The position numbers and the translations under genes were made by a program. From a virus (taxonomy: Duplodnaviria; Caudoviricetes): a DNA stretch of 52,591 nucleotides. Positions 1 through 8,229 of this stretch are shown here, piece by piece (the stretch's first letter is position 1; every line of letters starts with the position of its first letter). Location: the IMG/VR virus record IMGVR_UViG_3300025391_000002, positions 1 through 52,591 of that record; one strand, given 5' to 3'. The notes under the pieces are model-generated. The model had not been told where the DNA came from. It did not search any database and saw nothing but the letters and a program-made list of their open reading frames with translations.

Positions 1-127
1 GGTACGGAGATGGTAAATCATATAATAGAATAACAGAAATTAATTTATATGCTAAAACAGATAAAAGACTAAAACCAGAAAAAACCATATCTAATGTTTG
101 GAATATTCCCAATTTGGTTGGTAAAAA
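1..127. repeat. Terminal direct repeat, copy 1 (circular assembly overlap)
   Basis: 1-127 is identical to 52465-52591; the length matches a common assembler k-mer and the MTase frame runs straight through the join. Confidence 0.95.
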
Positions 128-344
128 ATTAGAATCTGTAGGACACCCTACACAAAAACCTTTAAAATTAATGGATAGAATTGTGCGTATGACAACTCAG
201 CCAAATAATATTATTTTAGACCCATTTATGGGCAGTGGCACTACTGGTGTAGCTTGTAAAAACACAAACAGAAACTTTATAGGAATAGAGCTTGATGAAA
301 ATTATTATAATATAGCAACAAAAAGAATTGAAACTATGCTATAA
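1..344 (+). CDS. Beta-class N4/N6 DNA methyltransferase, 3' part
   Basis: HPTQKP, ILDPFMGSGTTG (motif I), FIGIELD. Confidence 0.92.
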   Translation, partial: YGDGKSYNRITEINLYAKTDKRLKPEKTISNVWNIPNLVGKKLESVGHPTQKPLKLMDRIVRMTTQPNNIILDPFMGSGTTGVACKNTNRNFIGIELDENYYNIATKRIETML

Positions 345-380
345 TAATATCTCGTACATTTATGTATGTATTTTACTACT

Positions 381-412
381 CAACCATCTAATTTATTTTA
401 GGTGGTTGTTTT
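381..412 (+). terminator. Intrinsic terminator after the MTase
   Basis: CAACCATCTAA...TTAGGTGGTTG hairpin followed by a T run. Confidence 0.6.
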
Positions 413-484
413 ATTTGTAACACTAAAATTTGGTATAGTAAATAATTAACATAAAATGTATAATTCAGCTTTTTAGGAATTGCA

Positions 485-676
485 ATGTCTTTGGTTGAGT
501 TTGGTTATATTTTGATCGTTTGTAATACTATAATTATTAATGTTGTATGGTCATGTGTGTTTTTTAATGTTATTCGAAGTCAGCAAACAATAACAAAACT
601 AGAAATTTTATGTTATGCTTTATTAATTCACATAGTTTTTTTATTAAATATTTTAACTTTTTTGTGTAGACCATAG
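485..676 (+). CDS. Small membrane protein with two hydrophobic segments
   Basis: AGGA RBS upstream; hydrophobic 63-aa ORF. Confidence 0.45.
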   Translation: MSLVEFGYILIVCNTIIINVVWSCVFFNVIRSQQTITKLEILCYALLIHIVFLLNILTFLCRP

Positions 677-879
677 TATAATAACGCATTATAAATTTTC
701 TTTGTAATGCCTGGGTATATAAGTAGAAATTATATACCTTATGATTACACATATCTGTAATTATTACTTGAAAAACAAAATCGATATTAGCGAATTAATA
801 CGCATGCACCAGAGATCACATCATACTTAAGCGTGGTAACAATAAGAAGCAGTGCTAAAGTTACCTTATTTGTTTTTAT

Positions 880-955
880 GCTATTGTAGCTCAGTAGGTA
901 GAGCAGCTGATTTGTAATCAGAAGGTCGAGTGTTCGATTCATTCCAATAGCACCA
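880..955 (+). tRNA. tRNA-Thr(TGT)
   Basis: GCTATTG/CAATAGC acceptor stem, loop TT-TGT-AA, GTTCGA T-loop, CCA end, 76 nt. Confidence 0.93.
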
Positions 956-960
956 TAAAT

Positions 961-1036
961 TGAAGAGTAATTCAGTTGGTAAAATGGCGGACTGTTAATC
1001 CGTATGTCGATGGTTCAAATCCATCCTCTTCAGCCA
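961..1036 (+). tRNA. tRNA-Asn(GTT)
   Basis: TGAAGAG/CTCTTCA acceptor stem, GCGGA-CT-GTT-AA-TCCGT anticodon arm, GGTTCAAATCC T arm, CCA end. Confidence 0.93.
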
Positions 1037-1038
1037 AT

Positions 1039-1091
1039 TGCTTGATAGTGTAAAGGTAACACAGGTGATTTTGATTTATTTAATATAGGTA
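1039..1091 (+). pseudogene. Truncated tRNA-Gln(TTG) remnant
   Basis: D arm GTGT-AAAGGTA-ACAC and loop TT-TTG-AT present; anticodon stem degenerate; T arm and 3' acceptor strand missing. Confidence 0.65.
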
Positions 1092-1094
1092 TAT

Positions 1095-1328
1095 ATGAAT
1101 AATTCTCTTACAAATGCTTTGTTAGCAGCTAATTTTTTATTAGAATATCCTAATAATGAAAAACGCAAATTAAATAGAATTTGCATGATTAACAATAATA
1201 ACAAAATAATCAAAAAATTTAAATCAGCAGAACTTGCAGCAGAAAAATTAAATGTTTCTTCTATTGATATTAGAATGGCCATAACAAATGGCCATACATT
1301 AAATGGGTTTATTTGGCGTTGGAATTAA
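1095..1328 (+). CDS. Small protein with a NUMOD1-like DNA-binding module
   Basis: IIKKFKSAELAAEKLNVSSIDIRMAITNGHTLNGFIWRW resembles the NUMOD1 module of homing endonucleases. Confidence 0.6.
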   Translation: MNNSLTNALLAANFLLEYPNNEKRKLNRICMINNNNKIIKKFKSAELAAEKLNVSSIDIRMAITNGHTLNGFIWRWN

Positions 1329-2075
1329 TTTTTTTCTATAGTCTTGCCAATTAAAATTTAAAATAAAAGAACTTAATTGCATACGAGAAAATACACGACT
1401 ACCTATTCGCTCTTCAAAATCATCCAAATTGTTAGTAATAATAATAGTGGGATTACATTTTTCAAATCTTTTATTAATAATATAAAATAATTTTTCTTTA
1501 TTAAACTCATTAAAATTTACACCACATTCATCAATTACTAATAAATCAATATCAATAAAACCTTGCAATACCATATGCTCAGTTCTACCATCATTATTAA
1601 ATGTTTCTTTAATAGCATAAGCAATATCAGCCATACTTGTAAATATAGCAGTATTACCATCTTCTATTACTTTTTTAATAATCGATATCGCTAAACTTGT
1701 TTTACCAGTTCCTGTATTACCAAAAAATACGCCTTGAACGTTATTTTGTTTTGCAACTTTAAAATTAGTAGCAAATCTTTTACATAAATTAAAAACTTTT
1801 GATTGTTCTTCACCATCATCAAGATTGTAATTATCAAAACTTACATTATTAAAACCTACGGGTATTGCTGAACGTTTAAGTAACGATTGTATAGCTAATT
1901 GCTGGCGTTCTTTGACGCCCTGTATGCATCTTTCTTTATGCTTTAATGATAACCTAGCTTTGGTGCATTCTAAACAACCTGACCACGTTTCTGAGCCTTT
2001 AAATTCCCATAAGCTACTTTCATATTCGCCATGGGTATCACAAATTACTTTTTTTATATCTTTAATATTAAACAT
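1299..2075 (-). CDS. DnaC/IstB-like helicase loader ATPase
   Basis: N-terminal C/H/CxxC Zn motif, Walker A GNTGTGKT, Walker B LLVIDE, RVFSRM. Confidence 0.9.
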   Translation of the reverse strand: MFNIKDIKKVICDTHGEYESSLWEFKGSETWSGCLECTKARLSLKHKERCIQGVKERQQLAIQSLLKRSAIPVGFNNVSFDNYNLDDGEEQSKVFNLCKRFATNFKVAKQNNVQGVFFGNTGTGKTSLAISIIKKVIEDGNTAIFTSMADIAYAIKETFNNDGRTEHMVLQGFIDIDLLVIDECGVNFNEFNKEKLFYIINKRFEKCNPTIIITNNLDDFEERIGSRVFSRMQLSSFILNFNWQDYRKKLIPTPNKPI

Positions 2076-2084
2076 TTTAATCTC

Positions 2085-2930
2085 CTAAAATTTATTTGTA
2101 TCTTGGTTAGGTGCAAACCCAATAACTTTAATTACTTTGTCGTTAGTATAATCTTCTTGTTTAAAAACTCCTTCAATTTTTTTAGGTTTATTAAAATCTA
2201 ATATTAATTTTCTACCGCTATTATTCCAATCTAACGCAGCCGACATATTTTGTCCTACAAATTTAGTATTTAACCACGATAATAAATCAATATTTTTAGT
2301 ATTTGGATTAGCAAGTTTATAATCAATTAATGTTTTTATGTTATCAATAGTGTCACCAGATTTTATCATTTCATTAATGTATTTTTTTAATGTTGACAAA
2401 TCACTACCAGATTTATATTTATTTTTACCAGTTTTATCGTTAAAATAATCTATAATAATATTTATATTATCTTCTATTATATTAACTTTACTTAACTTAA
2501 CTTTACTTATATTATGCTGCCCATTTGGCGTCATCTGGACGTCCACGGGTTGTCCAGTATTAGTTGCCTTTACCTTTAAATCGCTTCTCTTTCTTGGTTC
2601 CACAAGTTTTATATCACTAACAACTTTTAATAATAAATCTTTATAAATGCTATCAATTTTACGGTCAGCCCTAATTAAATTATGCTCGTGCCAATGCGTA
2701 ATAAACAATACTAAATCTTCATTTAATACTTTTACAAAACCTTTATTTATCAATAATTGTAAATCATCTTCTGATGCTGATAACATTCGAATAATAGAAA
2801 ACCCCTCCACCACCCCATCATCATCAGTATTTAACGCTAAATGAAAATAAAGAGCTTGAGCACTTAATGGCATTTTTAAAAACGGAGCTGAGGTTGTTAT
2901 TTTAGTTGAGAACATACGTCTTGATGACAT
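2085..2930 (-). CDS. Replication initiator (replisome organizer type)
   Basis: RRMFSTKITTSAPFLKMPLSAQALYFHL...DDDGVV N-terminus; directly upstream of the DnaC-like gene. Confidence 0.85.
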   Translation of the reverse strand: MSSRRMFSTKITTSAPFLKMPLSAQALYFHLALNTDDDGVVEGFSIIRMLSASEDDLQLLINKGFVKVLNEDLVLFITHWHEHNLIRADRKIDSIYKDLLLKVVSDIKLVEPRKRSDLKVKATNTGQPVDVQMTPNGQHNISKVKLSKVNIIEDNINIIIDYFNDKTGKNKYKSGSDLSTLKKYINEMIKSGDTIDNIKTLIDYKLANPNTKNIDLLSWLNTKFVGQNMSAALDWNNSGRKLILDFNKPKKIEGVFKQEDYTNDKVIKVIGFAPNQDTNKF

Positions 2931-2944
2931 CGTTAAACTCCAAT

Positions 2945-3026
2945 AAAAAACCCACGTATACTCAGGTGCAAGACTAAATATACATGGGTTCTAAAGTTAA
3001 GATAACTTTGTTTTAATGCCTTGCAC
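2945..3026 (-). promoter_or_regulatory. Leader terminator/attenuator upstream of the initiator
   Basis: AACCCATGTATA...TATACGTGGGTT stem plus T run; loop TCTTGCAC is complementary to upstream GTGCAAGG. Confidence 0.6.
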
Positions 3027-3232
3027 AACACAATAACAAAATCACCTAATACGTAATTATACTATATTTTTACGTTCCAATATTTTTTTATTATGTTCAA
3101 TATATAATTCGTTTTGTTTTTTTAATATTAAACGTTTTTCTTGTAACCATTCGCCATTTAAACCTTTACAAGCATTTTCTATATCTTTATCTGTTAACAG
3201 CGGTATTAATTTATTATCCATAATTAAATCCT

Positions 3233-3445
3233 TTAAATATTGTTTTTAAATTCTTTTTCCTGTAAATTATCTATTGAAATTTTAATTAATTCTTTAAGGG
3301 CATTATTTAAAGATAAATTTTCCACATTGGCAAAATTAACTAATTCATTTACAATAAATAAATCTTCTTCATAAAAATAAACATGTAAATGTTTTACAGT
3401 TTTTTTCTTTGGGCGATTATAATAGGCCAAAATTTTTTCACTCAT
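3233..3445 (-). CDS. Possible ribbon-helix-helix DNA-binding protein
   Basis: beta strand (HLHVYF) then helix and LSLNNALKELI, an Arc/CopG-like pattern. Confidence 0.45.
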   Translation of the reverse strand: MSEKILAYYNRPKKKTVKHLHVYFYEEDLFIVNELVNFANVENLSLNNALKELIKISIDNLQEKEFKNNI

Positions 3446-3854
3446 TATTTGTACCTTTATATTTTTTTAAAAATGTTGACATTTTATTTAAAACATTATC
3501 TATACTTTTAATTTCTGCATTGAATTTATTTTCAAGATTAGTTAATCTATCGTTTATATTTTCTAAATCAACATCAACTGGTTTTTTAAGATTTTTAAAC
3601 AATTTATAGTTATCGTTAATATATGCTATAAATTCTTTTAAAAATAATTTATTAAAAAATTGATTATTTTCATCAGAAAAATAAATCCATGTATCATTAT
3701 CAATTACTGCTATGTTTGTAACAATTATTTTATGCCATTCATAAAAAGCTGGTCCTCCAATTGAAGCATTTACTTTGCAAACTTCATATTCTTGTCCTAT
3801 TTCTATTTTCATATTATTATCCTTTAAATAAATTGGCACACAATTGCATGCCAT
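3438..3854 (-). CDS. Hypothetical protein (start likely at MKIEIGQ), C-terminal coiled coil
   Basis: AAGGA RBS before the internal ATG; coupled to the next ORF. Confidence 0.55.
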   Translation of the reverse strand: MACNCVPIYLKDNNMKIEIGQEYEVCKVNASIGGPAFYEWHKIIVTNIAVIDNDTWIYFSDENNQFFNKLFLKEFIAYINDNYKLFKNLKKPVDVDLENINDRLTNLENKFNAEIKSIDNVLNKMSTFLKKYKGTNNE

Positions 3855-3859
3855 AGTTG

Positions 3860-4174
3860 TTAAAATGGTACGTGATCGTTTGGTAATGGTAATGTTTCAA
3901 CATCAGAATGCGAATTTATAACATTTTCTTTTTTAACATAATTATTATCTTTATTTTCTGGATATAAATTAAATTGATAATACCCATAATTATCTTTTGC
4001 TAAATCATTAGATTTTATAGCATTTAATAAATTTTCAACTTGTTCTTGTTTAAATTTAATAATAATTCCAGTAGTTTTATTATTTTCATTTACAAATTGT
4101 AATCCGTAACCCCAGGTCCACCATTTTTTAGTAGATTTTTTTTTAGCACTTATATTTAATTTAATGTTTTGCAT
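3860..4174 (-). CDS. SSB-like protein
   Basis: C-terminal NDHVPF resembles the SSB DDIPF tail; in the replication arm. Confidence 0.5.
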   Translation of the reverse strand: MQNIKLNISAKKKSTKKWWTWGYGLQFVNENNKTTGIIIKFKQEQVENLLNAIKSNDLAKDNYGYYQFNLYPENKDNNYVKKENVINSHSDVETLPLPNDHVPF

Positions 4175-4374
4175 AATTATTTACCCTTTTTAGATTGTGT
4201 TATTGTTTTTTTAATGGGTTTTAAAATTTCAGGTTGATCATGTATAACTTCCATAGATTTATTATTCTGAGATTTTAAAGGCGTTAATTTTACAGTATTG
4301 TCAAGATTTTTTGGTTTAACAAATATATTAAATAAACCTTCAAGTGTTAATTTCATTATTTATCCTTTTTTAAA

Positions 4375-4632
4375 TTATTGTTTGTTATATTTAGCATATG
4401 TAGCATAAAATTCATCAGATCTTAATTTTTCTTTTTTATTAGTTTCATGAAGTATTTCACCAATAATCTCATTAATAGGTGTTAAATGTGTATCAGATAA
4501 TTTTGGTATCTTTCTTAAAGCTAAATCTAATTCCTGTATTTTAAACATAACATAAGAAGCAAAAACTAAATTATCCATTCCTAATAATTTTTTGTTTATT
4601 TCATCATAAGTTAACATTTGTTTAATTTGCAT
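4375..4632 (-). CDS. Hypothetical protein
   Basis: ORF with AAGGA RBS. Confidence 0.55.
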   Translation of the reverse strand: MQIKQMLTYDEINKKLLGMDNLVFASYVMFKIQELDLALRKIPKLSDTHLTPINEIIGEILHETNKKEKLRSDEFYATYAKYNKQ

Positions 4633-4667
4633 TTTATTTCCTTTATATAAATTATTATTTGTTAAGT

Positions 4668-4939
4668 TCAGCGGTCAAGCATTAATTGCTTGTATATAAT
4701 TTTTTTAATTCTCTTTGCATTTGATCATATTCTTTACGAATACGATCCCATTTTTCAAATTGTGCTTGAGTAATTACATACGTATCTCCTTTAAAATTTA
4801 AATTTTTATTATTATAATGATAATAAACTGGATATTCTTCATCTTTATCAATAAATATATTAATATTTGCCATTATTACTCTTTTATTAAATTATCTTCA
4901 GCGGTCAAGCATAACATAGTCAGCGGTCAAGCATAACAT
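4668..4939. repeat. Three copies of TCAGCGGTCAAGCAT (4668, 4898, 4920)
   Basis: Exact 15-mer; the last two copies extend to an identical 20-mer at 22-bp period; all at gene boundaries. Confidence 0.85.
4682..4873 (-). CDS. Hypothetical protein
   Basis: ORF in operon orientation. Confidence 0.5.
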   Translation of the reverse strand: MANINIFIDKDEEYPVYYHYNNKNLNFKGDTYVITQAQFEKWDRIRKEYDQMQRELKKLYTSN

Positions 4940-4943
4940 GTTA

Positions 4944-5144
4944 TTACTTTTTATCCCATCGTGCATTGGCAGCTTTACTGGCAATAGATTCTCGTTTAGA
5001 AGCTGGTAACTTTTCAGCACGAGCTTTACCCCCAACCTTACCACCTTTAGAGCCAAGTTTCTCAGCTGCTTTGTGTGTGTTACCAGATTTTATTCCATGC
5101 CGAGCCTTTCCTAAAGTTTCAGCATCTTTGTTTTTATGTGTCAT
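4944..5144 (-). CDS. Small basic GGKARA...ARW protein, probably nucleic-acid binding
   Basis: LGSKGGKVGGKARAEKLPASKRESIASKAANARW. Confidence 0.75.
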   Translation of the reverse strand: MTHKNKDAETLGKARHGIKSGNTHKAAEKLGSKGGKVGGKARAEKLPASKRESIASKAANARWDKK

Positions 5145-5273
5145 TTTTATGTTTCCTTTATAAAAAAATGATCAGGTTAAATTAATTGTTTAATTATTAT
5201 TTTATTAAATTACAATTTAAAATTTTATTATAAGTATTTTATTATAAATAAAATACGCAACTATTGCAAAAAG

Positions 5274-5355
5274 TTATCCACAAGCTTAAAAGTTATCCAC
5301 ATATTATCCACAGGTTACTAACAGCTTATCCACAGAGTTATCAACATGTTAATAA
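5274..5355 (+). promoter_or_regulatory. DnaA-box array
   Basis: Perfect TTATCCACA at 5274, 5293, 5304, 5326; degenerate boxes at 5315 (TTACTAACA), 5338 (TTATCAACA) and 5347 (inverted, TGTTAATAA); AT-rich tract 5175-5255 adjacent. Confidence 0.85.
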
Positions 5356-5483
5356 CTTTGTTAGTAAAATGTGAGTAACTATACCTTAAAATGTCACATA
5401 TTGCCATACTCGCACATAATCAAGCCCTATTGAGTTGATACCCCTGTGCAGTATGATTGCATTAATCACCTTATAAAACGCTG

Positions 5484-5828
5484 TTATAGCTTGGTTTTGT
5501 AGACATTTTTGTAGTCAACAAAATGCCAAATATTGCCATTTTTTAATGTCAAAAATGGGTTACTAAGTTTGTGTGATACATGATATTTTTTATTGCACGC
5601 GAAAGCTAAAAATAGTTGTAATGCTTTATATTCTAACTTATCGCTAGAATAAAAGCCTGACGATTTTATCAATAAATAGTTGGCGTTTATCAATAACTTA
5701 CAGCCAAAACGCGTTGGCTCTGTTTGAATGTAGATCTGTGTTGGATTGCTATTAATGTATCGTCTAAGCTCTGTTTTCGTCCATTTTCTGATCGGTTTTT
5801 GTCTGAATAAATTTATCATATTAAACAT
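5484..5828 (-). CDS. Hypothetical protein
   Basis: 114-aa ORF. Confidence 0.5.
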   Translation of the reverse strand: MFNMINLFRQKPIRKWTKTELRRYINSNPTQIYIQTEPTRFGCKLLINANYLLIKSSGFYSSDKLEYKALQLFLAFACNKKYHVSHKLSNPFLTLKNGNIWHFVDYKNVYKTKL

Positions 5829-6133
5829 TTTCTATAAAATTCATTAATACGCTACTTACATCAATAAAATCTAAAGTTGTATTATAGCTTCAGTGTTGAG
5901 TACTAAAAAATCAGCTTCTCGCATATTGTATAATCGTTGTGCAATATTATAAGCTTTTAACGCTTTAGTATCGCTAACTACAATATCATACTTATTTTAA
6001 ATAATTAACTCATAAAACACGCTTCAAAAAAGCGTGTTCAATTAATTAACTGCTAAAATATTAATATAAGCCGTTTTCTGCGTCTCTTATTTTATGATAA
6101 CTTTTTTCTTAAAATCTGGATAAGTATATATCA

Positions 6134-6328
6134 TTATTGCACTCCTTTAATTTCTGCTATTTGAACAACAGGCTTATAGTCAAATTTTGAAGTTACAAGT
6201 AAATAAGCCTTTTTATTTTTTGATATTATTAAGTCATTATTTGTAACAATCATTTTAGTTGAGATTATTATTTTGTCATAAATAATCTGCAACGTCGTGT
6301 TTTTGTTTAATTGTTTAGTTATATTCAT
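6134..6328 (-). CDS. Hypothetical protein
   Basis: ORF with RBS, abutting the upstream ORF. Confidence 0.55.
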   Translation of the reverse strand: MNITKQLNKNTTLQIIYDKIIISTKMIVTNNDLIISKNKKAYLLVTSKFDYKPVVQIAEIKGVQ

Positions 6329-6329
6329 A

Positions 6330-6716
6330 TTATACCCCTTTCAATTCTGCAGCAATTAATTCCAAAATTTGAGTTATCAAATTTGGCAATTGTTCTGTTA
6401 ATTTATCTTTAAGATATAAATAAGCTAATACTGTGCTATTTAAGTCTTTGCAACTATAATCACAATTTGTTGCAAGTGCAAATGAATCAACAAAACCAGC
6501 ATCATGCTCACACAAGAATCTATCTGCGTCTTCATAATATATAAATTTATTCTCGCAATACTGAGATATAGCTGTATATAAGCAATCGTCTAATGTATCA
6601 TTATCTAAACTATTAAGCGAAATGCGCTCTAAAATATCAACCCATTCTGATATCTCAAACTCATAGTCTTTAAAAGCAATTTTTAGGTTTTGTGTAAGTT
6701 GTGTAATTGTTTTCAT
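6330..6716 (-). CDS. Acidic protein, putative Ocr-like DNA mimic
   Basis: DDCLYTAISQYCENKFIYYEDADRFL resembles the T7 Ocr core ([26 protein letters not shown]); D/E rich. Confidence 0.5.
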   Translation of the reverse strand: MKTITQLTQNLKIAFKDYEFEISEWVDILERISLNSLDNDTLDDCLYTAISQYCENKFIYYEDADRFLCEHDAGFVDSFALATNCDYSCKDLNSTVLAYLYLKDKLTEQLPNLITQILELIAAELKGV

Positions 6717-6774
6717 TTTTTTATTCCTTAAAATTTTTGTTATTTTTTTGTTATTTGTTTAATTATTTTTATTG

Positions 6775-6969
6775 TTAATTGTGCGTTATTGTAATTTTGA
6801 TACAGTTAAAATCTTCACATGTAAAAGTTATATGTGCTTGTTTACCTGATTTTTTGTAACTGTCAATTAATTTAGCAGCTTTAACATAACCCGCATCATA
6901 AGCTTCTGCGTATGTGTAACGTTTAAATGCTTTCACTTTGATAGTCTTGTTATATCTTAATTGTTCCAT
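6775..6969 (-). CDS. Hypothetical protein, first gene of the leftward early operon
   Basis: AAGGA RBS; downstream of a strong promoter. Confidence 0.55.
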   Translation of the reverse strand: MEQLRYNKTIKVKAFKRYTYAEAYDAGYVKAAKLIDSYKKSGKQAHITFTCEDFNCIKITITHN

Positions 6970-7025
6970 TTATTTCTTCCTTAAAAAATTTATTTATAAG
7001 CTAAAATTCTTAACTCAATGACAGT

Positions 7026-7055
7026 AGTATATATTAATAGAGCTATTGATGTCAA
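7026..7055 (-). promoter_or_regulatory. Sigma70 promoter, leftward
   Basis: TTGACA-18 bp-TATACT. Confidence 0.7.
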
Positions 7056-7232
7056 TATATTTTTAATATAAACATACTAACAATACCTAATTACTATATT
7101 ATAGTAATATATAACAATAACTTACAATATATAATATTTTTAATAATATTTATTAATATTACTATATTTACTACAATATTATACTTATACGCATATGTTA
7201 ATAACATGTTAATAACTATTATTATATTATTA

Positions 7233-7261
7233 TTGACAATATATTAATAATATAGTATAAT
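7233..7261 (+). promoter_or_regulatory. Perfect consensus sigma70 promoter, rightward
   Basis: TTGACA-17 bp-TATAAT. Confidence 0.75.
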
Positions 7262-7271
7262 ATAGTACTAA

Positions 7272-7360
7272 CTACGTTATAGCTTAAACTATAATATAGT
7301 TTAAACTATATTATAGTAGTAGCTATATTATAGTAGTAGTTATATACTACTATGTTATAG
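7272..7360. repeat. 17-bp-period array with palindromic core CTA(T/C)NNTATAG
   Basis: Cores at 7272, 7289, 7306, 7323, plus one at 7350; 7306-7322 equals 7323-7339. Confidence 0.7.
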
Positions 7361-7587
7361 TAATAAGTATTATAGTAATATATTACTACTACTATTATCA
7401 CTTGTAATATGTATATAATATAATATCAAATATAACATAGTATAGCAATCTCAAAAATATATATATTTCAATATAAAACTAATAACATAATAATTAATAA
7501 TAATTAAAATAAAACTTATTAAAATAATAAAAATAATAAAAATAATAAAATAAATAAGTAAAGGTGTTCAAATTTTATCATTGTATT

Positions 7588-7626
7588 TATATGTTACACT
7601 GTAACACTATATGTTACACTGTAACA
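7588..7626. repeat. Tandem palindromic operator-like sites TGTTACA-C-TGTAACA (two copies)
   Basis: Identical 19-mers at 20-bp period. Confidence 0.8.
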
Positions 7627-7650
7627 TTAAAACCCTATTATTATTACGTT

Positions 7651-7682
7651 CAATTCCCTATTACTAGTATAATAGGGAATTG
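7651..7682. repeat. 13-bp perfect inverted repeat
   Basis: CAATTCCCTATTA-6 nt-TAATAGGGAATTG. Confidence 0.75.
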
Positions 7683-7923
7683 CAACATAAAAGCTCTATA
7701 TTGATTTTTGCACCCCATTAATGTAGGTATGCCTATTAAACGCATTGGAATGACTTCACGGCTCCATTGTGTCTACGTATAACCCCTTAGCGTCCCAATT
7801 TGGCAATGACTTGAAATAGCGGAATCTACACCCACTCAGTATCCCAAAAATTTTTCAGATTTCCTGCGTGTGTAAATGTGTTATGATAATGGGTGTTAGA
7901 ACAATGTTTTAGGAGTAGATAAC

Positions 7924-8229
7924 ATGGCAATTAAGATAATTGATAATATAAATAATAACACAATTAATGTTAATTTACCTATAATTGGTAGGATGGCTAA
8001 AGACGTTATAAGTGGCTTTAGTGGTATTATAACTCATGTACAATTTACCATTAGTGGTAGAATAGAGATTGTTATAGCTTCTGATATTCAAGCTACTGTT
8101 ATTAGTTATAGTGATGGTAATTGGTTTGATATAAATAGATTAGTATTAATTGGTGAAGATAGCGTTTTGGATAATTGTCATACTTTAAAAAACAAATTTG
8201 AATTTAATATTTCTAAGGAGAATGAATAA
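7924..8229 (+). CDS. Conserved phage hypothetical protein
   Basis: AKDVISGFSGII...WFDINRL motif; AGGAG RBS. Confidence 0.65.
   Translation: MAIKIIDNINNNTINVNLPIIGRMAKDVISGFSGIITHVQFTISGRIEIVIASDIQATVISYSDGNWFDINRLVLIGEDSVLDNCHTLKNKFEFNISKENE

Noticed and set aside
1-127. 127-bp repeat as the biological terminal repeat
   Set aside because: It lies mid-gene and equals a typical assembler k-mer overlap; it shows circularity only.
7311-7395. TAG/TAC runs as DnaA-trios linked to the DnaA boxes
   Set aside because: They are about 2 kb from the perfect boxes, whereas trios act immediately next to a box.
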